A stretch of 60,460 nt of DNA, the filler included. It is 9 parts of 9 records of this genome, joined end to end, with 100 filler letters (N's around TTAATTAATTAA, not from the genome) between each part and the next. Parts side by side here need not be neighbours in the genome. Positions count along the whole stretch, not along the records: positions 7,623 to 13,989 come from SRR31147125_45457; positions 14,090 to 24,227 come from SRR31147125_45482; 7 more parts are not named here. One strand, 5' to 3'. Shown here piece by piece: positions 9,952 through 20,380 of this stretch. Within the stretch, counting starts at the first letter, position 1. Each line of letters starts with the position of its first letter. The notes beneath the pieces are model-generated. The model did not search any database and had not been told where the DNA came from. It saw nothing but the letters and a program-made list of their open reading frames with translations. Position numbers and translations under genes: made by a program.

Positions 9952-10030
9952 GCTAAGTGGAGTGAAAGGAATTTGACTCAAAAATAGTCTTTTTGTTTTA
10001 CAGATTATTTGGTAAACAAATATACTAACC

Positions 10031-10063
10031 TGACACGCTCTGTCATATTAACACTGCTATAAT
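10031..10063 (+). promoter_or_regulatory. TGACA-N5-TGTCA inverted repeat over the -35 region, with extended -10
   Basis: TGACACGCTCTGTCA at 10031-10045; TGcTATAAT at 10055-10063. Confidence 0.6.
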
Positions 10064-10102
10064 AACCTTATAAATAAAAAAATATTGAAGGAGCGGGATA
10101 TT

Positions 10103-10357
10103 ATGAAACAGGTTTGTCAAAGTTGTGGAATGCCAATTAAGGAACAAAGTCAGTTAGGATTAGAAAAGGATGGGTCACCATCTAAGTATTGCACTTATTG
10201 TTATAAAGATGGTGAGTTTTTACAGCCAGATGTAACAGTTGATGAAATGCGTGATTTTTGCGTGGATATTATGAGGAAAGAAATGAAGATGCCAAAGTTT
10301 ATGGCAAGGTTTTTGACTAGTAATATCTACAAATTGGAAAGATGGAATAAAGCTTAG
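10103..10357 (+). CDS. Zinc-ribbon domain protein (Zn_ribbon_2 type)
   Basis: CQSCGMP...YCTYCY..GEF...LERW; AAGGAG before ATG 10103. Confidence 0.88.
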   Translation: MKQVCQSCGMPIKEQSQLGLEKDGSPSKYCTYCYKDGEFLQPDVTVDEMRDFCVDIMRKEMKMPKFMARFLTSNIYKLERWNKA

Positions 10358-10618
10358 ACTTGCGATAAAGGGTGTAAATGCAAAATATTCGTATATTAAA
10401 AAGATAGCTTTTGCTTGCTTCGTCAAAAAAGACTCGCCTTCCACCCTTTCTCACCAGTCTACAAACAAAAATATTAGTTGATGAATTTTGATAAAAATAT
10501 GTTTTTATGCTATGGTTTATATAGGGGCGGTTTACTATAACAATCAAAAATTATCCTTATAAACCAATCTGCTGATGTTTACTGAATTGTGCCCAGCTTT
10601 AGGCTGGTGGAGGTAAGT

Positions 10619-11065
10619 ATGAATAAGGAAATGATAGCACCATGCGGCATGAACTGTACGCTTTGTATAGCCTATTTAGGCAAAAAGAACGATATAAACT
10701 CCAAAGGATTTAAAAGAAAATACTGTGATGGATGCAGACCAAGGGGTGAAAACTGCCTGCATATGGCGGATAAATGCGAGAAATTGGGTAAAGGTCTTAT
10801 AGATTTTTGTTATAATTGTGATGACTTTCCTTGTAAGCGATTAAAATCACTCGATAAAAGATATAGGACAAAATATCACCTAAGCATGATAGAAAATTTG
10901 CAATATATAAAAGAAAAAGGAATGGAAGCTTTTTTGGAAAAACAAGCGGATAAGTGGAAGTGCGAAAACTGCGGTGATATTATTTGCTGTCATAACGGTC
11001 TGTGCTTAAATTGTAATCTTGATGCATTAAAAAACAACAGAAAGTACCGCTGGGGTGAAAAGTAA
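10619..11065 (+). CDS. DUF3795 Cys-rich protein
   Basis: APCGMNCTLC, CDGCR, FCYNCDDFPC, NLQYIKEKG, WKCENCG; GGAGG before ATG 10619. Confidence 0.85.
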   Translation: MNKEMIAPCGMNCTLCIAYLGKKNDINSKGFKRKYCDGCRPRGENCLHMADKCEKLGKGLIDFCYNCDDFPCKRLKSLDKRYRTKYHLSMIENLQYIKEKGMEAFLEKQADKWKCENCGDIICCHNGLCLNCNLDALKNNRKYRWGEK

Positions 11066-11156
11066 GCGTAAGAACAACTAAGTGAAATTCTAAAAATTAA
11101 GCATCTATAGTTAATTCATTTAATTGGTTATGAGTAATCAAATAGGAGGAAGTACT

Positions 11157-11624
11157 ATGTTGGAAACAGGGGATGTAAGAATTGTTGAACTCGAAAAGTT
11201 TCGCTATATAAGTTTTTCCGCTACGTCAAACCAACCAGAGATCGATGCGCTAAAAAAGCTTGACGAATGGAAGACAAAAAGCAAATTTCGTGAGACTAGT
11301 AAGACTAGAAGCTTTGGGTTTAATAACCCTATGCCAAAAAAAGATAATCCTGTTTATGGGTATGAAATTTGGCTAACAATAGACGACAAAGATGAAATTA
11401 ACGATAAAAAAATAAAAGAATTTGGGGGCGGTATATACGCTGTAACAACAGCGAATGCAGACCATCCAGAAATAGATATTCCTCTTATGTGGCAAAACCT
11501 TCATACCTTTATTCAAAAAAGTGAATACCAAATGGGCAATCACCAATGGTTAGAAGAATTTATACAGCCAGATGAAAAAAGCAAAGAGTTTGCGCTAAAT
11601 TTATATTTTCCTGTAAAAAAATAG
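11157..11624 (+). CDS. GyrI-like small-molecule binding domain protein
   Basis: VRIVEL, FGFNNP, GYEIW, FGGGIYAV, HQWLEE, LYFPV; AGGAGG before ATG 11157. Confidence 0.8.
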   Translation: MLETGDVRIVELEKFRYISFSATSNQPEIDALKKLDEWKTKSKFRETSKTRSFGFNNPMPKKDNPVYGYEIWLTIDDKDEINDKKIKEFGGGIYAVTTANADHPEIDIPLMWQNLHTFIQKSEYQMGNHQWLEEFIQPDEKSKEFALNLYFPVKK

Positions 11625-11690
11625 TGAAATTATATTTGCTATAAAATAACATTTATTTTTTAAAAACAATACTATTGAATTCGTATTATT

Positions 11691-11739
11691 AAAAAACCAT
11701 ACAATTATTATAGTTTTTATAACATTTGTATGGCTTTTT
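11691..11739 (+). terminator. Hairpin/intrinsic terminator after the GyrI-like gene
   Basis: CCATACAA...TTGTATGG stem flanked by A and T tracts. Confidence 0.55.
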
Positions 11740-11756
11740 GTTGCAAATTATTAGAT

Positions 11757-11793
11757 TTTACATTATAATTACAACAAATTAAATAATTACTAT
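11757..11793 (+). promoter_or_regulatory. Putative Firmicutes Pho box upstream of phnD
   Basis: TTTACA (11757), ATTACA (11768) and TTAAAT (11779) at 11-bp period, followed by -10 TACTAT; resembles the PhoP TT(A/T/C)ACA consensus. Confidence 0.5.
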
Positions 11794-11883
11794 GGTTTGT
11801 GGTGCTATACTACAAGCGAATCACTACTCGATTATATATTGGCTTGCCAATGTTATAAAATATTTAAATATGGAGAAAACGTT

Positions 11884-12987
11884 ATGAAAAAATTAGTAGC
11901 AATTTCATTAAGTATTGTTCTAGTACTATCTTTCTTTGTGGCTTGCTCACCAAAGGCTGATGAAGTAATAGAATTAGTTGAAGAAAAGACAGATGCAGTT
12001 GAAGAAGCAGTGGAAGAAGCTGTAGAAGAAGTGGTTGAAGAAGCACCAATAGCTGTTGATGAACTATCAGTATATTTTGTTCCTTCAAGAGAGCCAGAAG
12101 AAATTATCACAATGACAGAACCTCTAAGTGACCTTTTAAAAGCTGAACTAGCTCTAGCTGGTTATGAAGTTGGAACAGTTGATATCCAAGTTGGTACTTC
12201 TTACGAAGCAGTTGGCGAAGCACTAGGTGCAGGAACAGCTGATGTAGGACTTATCCCAGGTGGTACATATGTTCTATACGATGATGGCGCAGAAGTTATT
12301 TTAACAGCAACACGTTTTGGTTTAAACAAAGATTCTGAAACAGCTGTTGATTGGAACGACGGTTTAGAAACAGAAAACGCTGAAACTCAAGCTACATACT
12401 ACCGTGCACTTATGATTGCAGGTCCTTCACCAAAAGGTAGAGAACTAGCTGAGAAAGTTAACAACGGCGAAGAACTAACAGCAGAAGACATGGCTGGTGC
12501 AAACTGGGGTGTAAGATCTTCATCTTCATCATCAGGTTACATCTATCCAACAATCTGGCTACAAGATAACTTTGGTCTAACTCTATCAGAAATGGACAAC
12601 GTTGTTCAAACTGATTCTTATGGTAGTTCATTTGCGCGTCTTGCAGCAGAGCAAGTTGACATTGTTACAGTTTACTCAGATGCACGTATGCACAATTCTG
12701 AAAAATGGACTACTGACTATGGCAGAACAGCTACAATATGGGAAGAAACAGACGTAATCGGCGTTTCATCTCCAATTTATAACGATACAGTATCTGTAAG
12801 CAAAAACTCAGATGTAATTGACGAAGCTATGATCGAAGCTCTTCAAAATGCTTTCATGAACCTTGCAAATACTGAAGAAGGTTTAGCAGTTATCGATGTT
12901 TATTCTCACAAAGGATATCAAGTAGCCAAATCAGAAGATTACGACAATGAAAGAAAAGCACAAGAAATTTTAGCAGCAATGGAATAA
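11884..12987 (+). CDS. phnD: Phosphonate/phosphate ABC transporter substrate-binding lipoprotein
   Basis: Lipobox FVAC, FVPS, SYEAVGEAL, SSSSGYIYP, IYND; lies directly upstream of phnC. Confidence 0.88.
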   Translation: MKKLVAISLSIVLVLSFFVACSPKADEVIELVEEKTDAVEEAVEEAVEEVVEEAPIAVDELSVYFVPSREPEEIITMTEPLSDLLKAELALAGYEVGTVDIQVGTSYEAVGEALGAGTADVGLIPGGTYVLYDDGAEVILTATRFGLNKDSETAVDWNDGLETENAETQATYYRALMIAGPSPKGRELAEKVNNGEELTAEDMAGANWGVRSSSSSSGYIYPTIWLQDNFGLTLSEMDNVVQTDSYGSSFARLAAEQVDIVTVYSDARMHNSEKWTTDYGRTATIWEETDVIGVSSPIYNDTVSVSKNSDVIDEAMIEALQNAFMNLANTEEGLAVIDVYSHKGYQVAKSEDYDNERKAQEILAAME

Positions 12988-13201
12988 TAAAAAATATTCA
13001 GAGTATGTCATTTATGGCATGCTCTGATAATTTATTTAAAAAGAATATCTTGTGATAACATGATTAAGTTGTAAAAATAAAAACATAAAAATTATACAAT
13101 CATAAAAAATTAAGAAGACATAACATCTTAAAAGCTTTATAATTATTGGATAAAGATGTTATGTCTTTTTAAAGGGCTTAACAATAACAAAGGCAGGTAT
13201 A

Positions 13202-13975
13202 TTGATGATAAAATTTGAAAAGGTTAACAAGATTTATGACGGAGGAGTTCATGCACTCAAAGATGTAAGTCTTGAGATAGAACAAGGGGAGTTTGTTGCA
13301 GTAATTGGGCTTTCTGGTGCAGGGAAATCCACATTGATAAGGGCAATAAACAGAATGCACGGAATAACAGATGGAAAAGTGACTGTTGATGATCAGGTAG
13401 TGAATGAGCTTAAAGGAAAAAAGCTTAGAAGGTTTAGAAGAAAGATTGGTATGATATTTCAATCCTATAATCTTGTACCAAGAATAACGGTAATAAAAAA
13501 CGCACTAGCGGCAAGAGTTCCTGATATGCCTTTTTACAAATCATTTTTAGGGATATATTCTAAAAATGATAAATTAGCGGCGCTAGAAGCTTTGGATAGA
13601 GTTGGAATATTAGAAAAAGCATATGTGCGTGCCGATAAGCTTTCTGGTGGACAGATGCAAAGAGTAGCTTTGGCTAGAACTCTAGTGCAAGACCCAGAGA
13701 TTATTTTGGCAGATGAGCCTGTAGCATCATTAGACCCAATAACAGCGAATCAGGTTATGAGCGATTTTAAAAGAATAAATGAAGATTTAAATATTACAGT
13801 TATCATAAATATCCACCATGTGGATTTAGCTTTAAAATATGCAAATAGAGTTATTGGAATAAAAGCTGGAAGCATTATATTTGATGGTGATGCATCTGAT
13901 GTTAACGAACAGGTTTTAGAAGACATCTATGGCAGAATGCTTACTGAAGACGAAGTTATGGGTGAAAAGGTATGA
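13202..13975 (+). CDS. phnC: Phosphonate ABC transporter ATP-binding protein
   Basis: GLSGAGKST, RADKLSGGQMQRV, ADEPVASLDP, NIHHVDLA; an overlapping ATG at 13972 probably starts the truncated permease. Confidence 0.93.
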   Translation: MMIKFEKVNKIYDGGVHALKDVSLEIEQGEFVAVIGLSGAGKSTLIRAINRMHGITDGKVTVDDQVVNELKGKKLRRFRRKIGMIFQSYNLVPRITVIKNALAARVPDMPFYKSFLGIYSKNDKLAALEALDRVGILEKAYVRADKLSGGQMQRVALARTLVQDPEIILADEPVASLDPITANQVMSDFKRINEDLNITVIINIHHVDLALKYANRVIGIKAGSIIFDGDASDVNEQVLEDIYGRMLTEDEVMGEKV

Positions 13976-13989
13976 TGAAAAAGAAAAAA

Positions 13990-14089
13990 NNNNNNNNNNN
14001 NNNNNNNNNNNNNNNNNNNNNNNNNNNNNNNNNTTAATTAATTAANNNNNNNNNNNNNNNNNNNNNNNNNNNNNNNNNNNNNNNNNNNN
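13990..14089. other. Artificial contig spacer
   Basis: N44-TTAATTAATTAA-N44. Confidence 0.99.
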
Positions 14090-16431
14090 CAGCGTTTTCA
14101 TGAATTAGAGGCAGATGAATCTTTTACAAGTAAAATGAATACTGCTTATGCAAATCTTCAAAAATACCTGAAAGAAAGGGAAAGTAACGAGGGACCAAAA
14201 ATCGCATATTTTAGTATGGAATATGGGTTGCATGATAGTTTGAAAATTTTCTCAGGAGGCTTAGGAGTTCTGGCCGGTGATTACCTGAAAGAAGCCAGTG
14301 ATTCTAAAGCGAATCTGGTAGCTGTAGGTTTGCTATATCGATATGGGTATTTTAAACAAACTATCTCCATTTATGGAGATCAGATGGCTAATTATGATGC
14401 TGAACAATTCTCAAAAATACCGGTGCATCCAACATATGATAAAGATGGTAATTGGGTCACCATTGAAGTAGAATATCCAGGGCGAAGCATTCAAGCTCGT
14501 GTATGGGAAGTAAAAGTGGGTGCTGTAAGTTTATATTTATTAGATGCCGATATAGATGAAAATTCAGAAGAAGATCGTTTTGTTACTCACCATTTATACG
14601 GAGGAGATAATGAAAATCGCCTGAAGCAAGAGATGCTTTTAGGACTGGGGGGATTCGGTTATTAAAAGCTCTTGATGGTCAGTTTGATATATATCATTGT
14701 AACGAGGGGCATGCTGCATTAATCGGACTGGAACGAATCAATAATTATATCAGTGATCAGGGATTAAGCTATGCCGAAGCAAAAGAAGTTGTTCGTGCAT
14801 CAACTCTGTTTACGACTCATACACCTGTTCCTGCAGGTCATGATTCATTTCATCAGGATTTGTTCCAAAATTACATGAGTAAATTTCCAGAGAAAATTAG
14901 TTTGGATTGGAATGAATTCGTGCAGCTTGGGAAGTCGGCTCCACATGAAGATCATTTCAATATGAGTTATTTAGCATCTAATTTGTCTGTAGGAACAAAT
15001 GGTGTAAGTATGCTTCATGGTGATGTTTCAAAAGATATCCTCAAGCATTTGTATGAAGGCTTTCTTCCTGAAGAATTAAATATTGGGTATGTAACCAATG
15101 GAGTTCATTATGCAACATGGACTGCTAAAGAATGGAAAGAAATTCATTTAAAATATTTTGGAAAGAATTTTGTTGACAATCAGCTTGATTTTGACCTTTG
15201 GGATAAAATTTACAAAGTTCCAGATGAAGAGATATGGTCTTTGAGACAAAACCTTCGATTGAAGTTGATTGATTACGTAAAGCAACGTTTTGCAGATAAC
15301 TGGATGAAACGTCATGAAAACCCAAAGCTAATCAATGAGATCTTGGGTCAATTGAATCCAAAAGCATTAACAATTGGTTTTGCACGTAGATTTGCTACAT
15401 ATAAAAGGGCACATCTTCTTTTCCGTAATCTCGAACGGCTTTCAGAAATTGTCAATAATCCAGATCGTCCTGTTCAATTTATTTTTGCAGGGAAAGCACA
15501 TCCCGCAGATAAAGCAGGTCAGGATTTGATTAAGCACATTGTTGAGATATCAAAACGCCCAGAGTTCTTAGGTAAAATTTTGTTTATTCAGAATTACGAT
15601 ATGAACCTTGCAAAAAATGCTTTTGCAGGGGGTTGATATTTGGCTAAACACTCCAACACGTCCATTAGAAGCTTCTGGAACTAGTGGAGAAAAAGGTGTT
15701 ATGAATGGAACTCTCCATTTTTCAGTACTTGATGGATGGTGGGTCGAAGGTTATAAAGAAGGCGCTGGCTGGGCACTTCCTCTTGAGAGAGAATATGAGA
15801 TTCAGGATTTACAGGATGAGTTGGATGCTGAAACAATTTACAATATCATTGAAGACGATATTCTACCAAGTTTTTATAAACGGGATTCGAATGATGTGCC
15901 AGAACGATGGATTTCATATATTAAGAAAACCATTGCACAGGTTTCCCAAATTTCACTACCAGTAGAATGATTCGCGATTATCAGGAGCGTTTTTATAAAC
16001 CTCAAGCAGAACGCGCAAGTAAATTAATTGCAGATGATTTTAAAATTGCTCGTGAGTTGGCTAACTGGAAAGATAAAGTTGCAACTGTATGGGACGATAT
16101 TGAAGTGAAAGATGTTCAGGTTGCCGATGGCATTGCAAATACGCTGCGAATGGGTGAAGATTATCCTGCAAAAGTAGTTGTTGATTTAAAAGGTCTATCT
16201 GCTGAAGAAGTTGGATTAGAGATTGTAATTACTGAAAATGGGTCTGGTGAAAGTCAGGAATTAATCGATAGCGTAGAATTTAAGGTTGTTGAGACCGATG
16301 AAAATCTTACTACATATTCAATGAATTTAAATTTGGTTACACCAGGTGCATATAATTATGCACTTCGTATGTTCCCTAAAAATGAACACTTACCTCATCG
16401 GCAGGATTTCCGCTATATTAAGTGGGTGTAG
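14090..16431 (+). CDS. glgP: Alpha-glucan (glycogen) phosphorylase, 5' truncated, broken by about three frameshifts
   Basis: AYFSMEYG, SGGLGVLAGD, NEGHA, TTHTPVPAGHD, ARRFATYKR, EASGTSGEK; frame changes near 14655, 15615 and 15950. Confidence 0.93.
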
Positions 16432-16452
16432 TACAATTTTTTTGAAATATAA

Positions 16453-16486
16453 GGCTGTCTTTTTTAATATGAAGACAGCTTCTTTT
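16453..16486 (+). terminator. Intrinsic terminator after glgP
   Basis: GCTGTCTT...AAGACAGC followed by a T-rich tract. Confidence 0.65.
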
Positions 16487-16554
16487 TAAAAAATTCATAC
16501 TTTGGATAGCCACAAATTAAATATAATTTTGTTAGAGACTTTAAACTACTGAAA

Positions 16555-17130
16555 ATGGCTCCTGAAAAAATTGTAGGCAAAAAAATTAAGCAAGTTCGTG
16601 AGTTAAAAAAAGTGAGTATTGAAGAACTTGCTGATAGAACGAATATTGACAGTTCGTTACTTCAAAAAATTGAAGACGATGAAACTGTTCCATCCCTCGC
16701 TCCTTTAATTAAAATTGCAAGAGTTCTTGGCGTACGACTCGGTACATTCCTTGATGATTCAGATCAGCTAGGACCTGTAATTATGCGTGCAGATGAGAAG
16801 GAGAAAGGTGTACGTTTTGTTTCTGAGGGTAGTGAGGCAAGAGAACACCTTAATTTTCTTTCATTAGCAGCCGATAAAGCTGGACGCCACATGGAACCGT
16901 TTATTGTTGAAATAGAGCCTGCCGAACAATCTGACTATATGCTTTCATCTCATGAAGGAGAAGAGTTTATTTTTGTTTTAGAAGGAGATGTTGAGATTAA
17001 TTATGGAAAGGATGTTTTCCAATTGAAAAAAGGGGATAGCATTTATCTTGACTCGATTGTGTCTCATAATGTACATGCTGCAAATAGAAAACCTGCTAAA
17101 ATATTGGCTGTAGTTTATGCCCCATTTTAA
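16555..17130 (+). CDS. XRE-family HTH plus cupin transcriptional regulator
   Basis: N-terminal HTH_3 (PSLAPLIKIARVLGV) and C-terminal cupin (SHEGEEFIFV, DSIYLDS..H). Confidence 0.92.
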   Translation: MAPEKIVGKKIKQVRELKKVSIEELADRTNIDSSLLQKIEDDETVPSLAPLIKIARVLGVRLGTFLDDSDQLGPVIMRADEKEKGVRFVSEGSEAREHLNFLSLAADKAGRHMEPFIVEIEPAEQSDYMLSSHEGEEFIFVLEGDVEINYGKDVFQLKKGDSIYLDSIVSHNVHAANRKPAKILAVVYAPF

Positions 17131-17158
17131 GTTATCTTTTTTATAGAAATTGTAAACC

Positions 17159-18811
17159 ATGCAACTACTCGATTTTACATTGGGAGGAATTCTTGAAAAG
17201 TATGCTTTTGAAACTCCGAATAAAGATTTCATTGTTTATCCTGATCGTAACCTTTGTTGGTCATATGTTGATTTTAATAAACGTGTAGATAAATTAGCCA
17301 AAGGCTTAATGTACATGGGTGTTCGAAAGGGTGACAAAGTTGGCATTTGGGCAAACAATGTTCCTGATTGGACAACTTTTATGTTTGCAACTGCTAAAAT
17401 TGGTGCTGTACTGGTTACTATCAATACCAATTATAAGCTTGCCGAATTGGAATATTTGCTTAAAAATGCAGATATAAATACACTTTGCTTAATTGATGGA
17501 TACAGGGATAGCGATTATGTGAATATGATTTTTGAGTTGGTTCCTGAATTAAAAACTCAATCACGAGGAAATTTAAAGTCTGATAAATTCCCCAAACTTA
17601 AGAATGTTGTTTTTATTGGTCAACAGAAACATCGGGGCATGTATAATACAGCAGAGCTGATGTTGCTTGGAGAACATTTGGATGATCTTGAGTTGGAGGT
17701 TGTAAAGTCTGAAATTGATTCGCACGATGTGGTAAATATGCAATACACTTCCGGAACCACAGGATTTCCCAAAGGTGTTATGCTTTCGCACCATAATATC
17801 TTAAATAACGGATATTCGGCTGGGCAATGCATGAAATATACTGCAGATGATCGGCTGATGTTATGTGTTCCTCTTTTTCATTGTTTTGGCTGTGTATTAG
17901 CTGTTTGTGCTATCGTTAGTCATGGAGCTGCAATGGTAATAACTGAAGATTTTGATCCATTGATGGTGTTGGCTGGAGTGGAAAAAGAGAAATGTACAGC
18001 TATTTACGGTGTCCCAACCATGTTTATTGCAGAATTGAATCATCCCATGTTCGATATGTTTGATTTATCTTCACTCCGTACGGGGATCATGGCCGGATCG
18101 CTTTGTCCAATTGAAACCATGAATCAGGTAATGACTAAGATGCATTGCAAAGACATTATTATTGTTTACGGATTAACAGAGGCATCTCCGGGTATGACAG
18201 CTACCCGCACTCATAACTCACCTGAAGTACGTGCAACAACAGTTGGCTTTGAATTGCCTAATATTGAGGTGAAGATTGTTAACCCTGAAACAGGCGAAGA
18301 ATGTGAGGAGGAAACTCAAGGTGAAATCTGCTGCAGAGGTTATAATGTTATGAAAGGCTACTATAATAATGAGGAAGCTACTGCAAAAGCTATCGATGCC
18401 CAAGGTTGGTTGCATTCTGGCGATTTGGGTGTAAAAACGGAAGATGGTTTTTACAAAATAACAGGTAGGATTAAAGATATGATAATTCGGGGTGGAGAAA
18501 ATATTTATCCGCGTGAGATTGAAAACTATCTTTATAATCTGAGTGAGATTGAGGCTGTTGAGGTTGTTGGTGTGCCAAGCCAAAAGTACGGTGAGCAGAT
18601 TGGAGCATTTATAAAATTGAAAGACGGAAAATTCCTAAATGAAGAAACAGTACAGGAATTCTGTCGCGGGCAGATTGCACGTTATAAGATTCCAAAGTAC
18701 ATCTTCTTTGTTCAATCCTTTCCGATGACTGCAAGCGGAAAAATTCAAAAATATAAATTGAAGGATATTGCATTGGAAACTCTCAAAGATCAGGGGGTTG
18801 AACTCATTTAA
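17159..18811 (+). CDS. AMP-binding acyl-CoA synthetase
   Basis: [49 protein letters not shown]. Confidence 0.95.
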   Translation: MQLLDFTLGGILEKYAFETPNKDFIVYPDRNLCWSYVDFNKRVDKLAKGLMYMGVRKGDKVGIWANNVPDWTTFMFATAKIGAVLVTINTNYKLAELEYLLKNADINTLCLIDGYRDSDYVNMIFELVPELKTQSRGNLKSDKFPKLKNVVFIGQQKHRGMYNTAELMLLGEHLDDLELEVVKSEIDSHDVVNMQYTSGTTGFPKGVMLSHHNILNNGYSAGQCMKYTADDRLMLCVPLFHCFGCVLAVCAIVSHGAAMVITEDFDPLMVLAGVEKEKCTAIYGVPTMFIAELNHPMFDMFDLSSLRTGIMAGSLCPIETMNQVMTKMHCKDIIIVYGLTEASPGMTATRTHNSPEVRATTVGFELPNIEVKIVNPETGEECEEETQGEICCRGYNVMKGYYNNEEATAKAIDAQGWLHSGDLGVKTEDGFYKITGRIKDMIIRGGENIYPREIENYLYNLSEIEAVEVVGVPSQKYGEQIGAFIKLKDGKFLNEETVQEFCRGQIARYKIPKYIFFVQSFPMTASGKIQKYKLKDIALETLKDQGVELI

Positions 18812-18869
18812 TACTTTATAAGTAATCTTCTGTTTTTAGTCATTTCTGCTAATGTGGCAGATGTTTTTT

Positions 18870-18885
18870 TGGCATAGTTATTGAC
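18870..18885 (+). promoter_or_regulatory. Possible sigma-54 -24/-12 promoter
   Basis: TGGCATAGTTATTGAC (GG-N10-GA variant) just after a terminator-like hairpin and upstream of the thioredoxin-like gene. Confidence 0.35.
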
Positions 18886-18920
18886 AAATGTCGATATGTT
18901 AATATTTAAAATAGAAAGAT

Positions 18921-19262
18921 ATGCTTCACACAAACCTTAAACATGTATTATCCGCAGAAGAGCATCAGAAGTTAATTTCTGAAAATGAAAACGTAATGAT
19001 TTGTTGCGGAAGAATGGGCCCCATGTGTATCCCCGTTTATGGTGCAATGAGCGAATTGCAGCATGAATTCACAGATATTGTTTTTGCAGATATGGAATTT
19101 GATCATCCCGAAGCTGCAGTTATTCGAAATGCTCCCGAATGCAGTACTTTTATGGGATTACCTTTTACTGTATATTATAAAAATGGAAAGTTAATACATG
19201 CTACAAGCAGTATTCAAACAAAAGAGCAGGTTGTAGCGATTCTTGATCAAAAGCTGAAATAA
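18921..19262 (+). CDS. Thioredoxin-fold protein with an atypical CCGRMGPMC motif
   Basis: 113 aa; thioredoxin-like pattern with cis-Pro motif GLPFTVYYKNGK. Confidence 0.8.
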   Translation: MLHTNLKHVLSAEEHQKLISENENVMICCGRMGPMCIPVYGAMSELQHEFTDIVFADMEFDHPEAAVIRNAPECSTFMGLPFTVYYKNGKLIHATSSIQTKEQVVAILDQKLK

Positions 19263-19449
19263 CCATTTTGGTTGAACTCGGTTTTGAAAGAAATGAATTT
19301 AATTTTTTGTACTCTTAAATGGCATCTTACATAGATGCCATTTTTTATGAACTGAACTGATTGAGTAAAATTATTCACATAATATGATGAACTTATTCCC
19401 AAAAAACTTGCTATAGTTAATAAAAGCGCCGTAAATTTGATATTTAACA

Positions 19450-20331
19450 ATGATTGGCAAAATGAGAAAGGTACTTCTAATTTTCACTGTTTTTGTAATA
19501 GCTTCATGTCAGCAAGGTAAAATTGAAAAAATGCAATCTGTTCAAGATAGTATTTTACAAGCAAAGGCTGAAAAGGATTCTACTATTTTGGGATTTGTAA
19601 CTACAATGAATGAGATTCAGCAGAATTTAGATTCAATTCGAAAAATTGAAGAATTTGTAAAACTACAAACTATAAGTGGTCCTGAGTTGAATAGTGACAC
19701 ACGAGCTAATATTCTGGATGATGTCAAATTGATTCATGAGTTGTTGCAAAAGAATAAAGACCTGGTAACTAAACTCCAGGAGCAATTGGATTCATCAAAT
19801 AATAAGGTGTCGGGTCTTCAGAAAACAATACTTTATTTAAATAAGCAGGTCAAAGAAAAAGATGCACAAATTGCGCAGCTTGTTGCACAGCTTGATAAAC
19901 TTTATTTAAACGTTGCAGGACTTAACAGACGTGTAAAAATGGTTGAGCAAGAAGGTATGGAGAAAGATCAAATTATTGCGGAGAAAGAAAAAGCAATTGA
20001 AGACCATATTCTTGAAATAAATACTGCATTTTACGTTTTTGGAAAGTTGAAAGAGCTTGTCGAAAATGGTGTTGTTGAGAAAGAAGGCGGTGTTTTGGGA
20101 GTTGGACGATCTGCTAAATTCAAAAAGGATTTTAATGCAGATGTATTCACCCAAATTGATATTCGAGAGTTTAAATCAATTGGGCTTAACGCTAAAAAAG
20201 CAGAACTAATAACGACTCATGTTGCTGGTTCATTTGAGTATATAGGCAACAATAAAGTTGACAGTTTGAAAATTATTGATCCAGAGAAATTCTGGGGAGC
20301 TTCTAAATATTTGGTAATTGTAGTACACTAA
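19450..20331 (+). CDS. Coiled-coil lipoprotein, hypothetical
   Basis: Lipobox IASC, long heptad region, C-terminal DPEKFWGASKYLVIVV typical of a Bacteroidota family. Confidence 0.75.
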   Translation: MIGKMRKVLLIFTVFVIASCQQGKIEKMQSVQDSILQAKAEKDSTILGFVTTMNEIQQNLDSIRKIEEFVKLQTISGPELNSDTRANILDDVKLIHELLQKNKDLVTKLQEQLDSSNNKVSGLQKTILYLNKQVKEKDAQIAQLVAQLDKLYLNVAGLNRRVKMVEQEGMEKDQIIAEKEKAIEDHILEINTAFYVFGKLKELVENGVVEKEGGVLGVGRSAKFKKDFNADVFTQIDIREFKSIGLNAKKAELITTHVAGSFEYIGNNKVDSLKIIDPEKFWGASKYLVIVVH

Positions 20332-20380
20332 AAAAAAATTCATTCAAAGATTTTTCTCTCTGAATGAAATAAATCGATAG

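Noticed and set aside
10560..10590. GCTGATG segment reminiscent of a fluoride riboswitch 3' end
   Set aside because: The 5' GGCGATGG-type element and the pseudoknot partner are missing
14090..16431. Multiple frameshifts in glgP suggesting pseudogenisation or programmed frameshifting
   Set aside because: Similar small indels, mostly at homopolymer runs, occur in unrelated contigs (kinase ~25540, ABC ~36610, tadB ~53015) while the protein motifs stay intact; sequencing error is the simpler explanation
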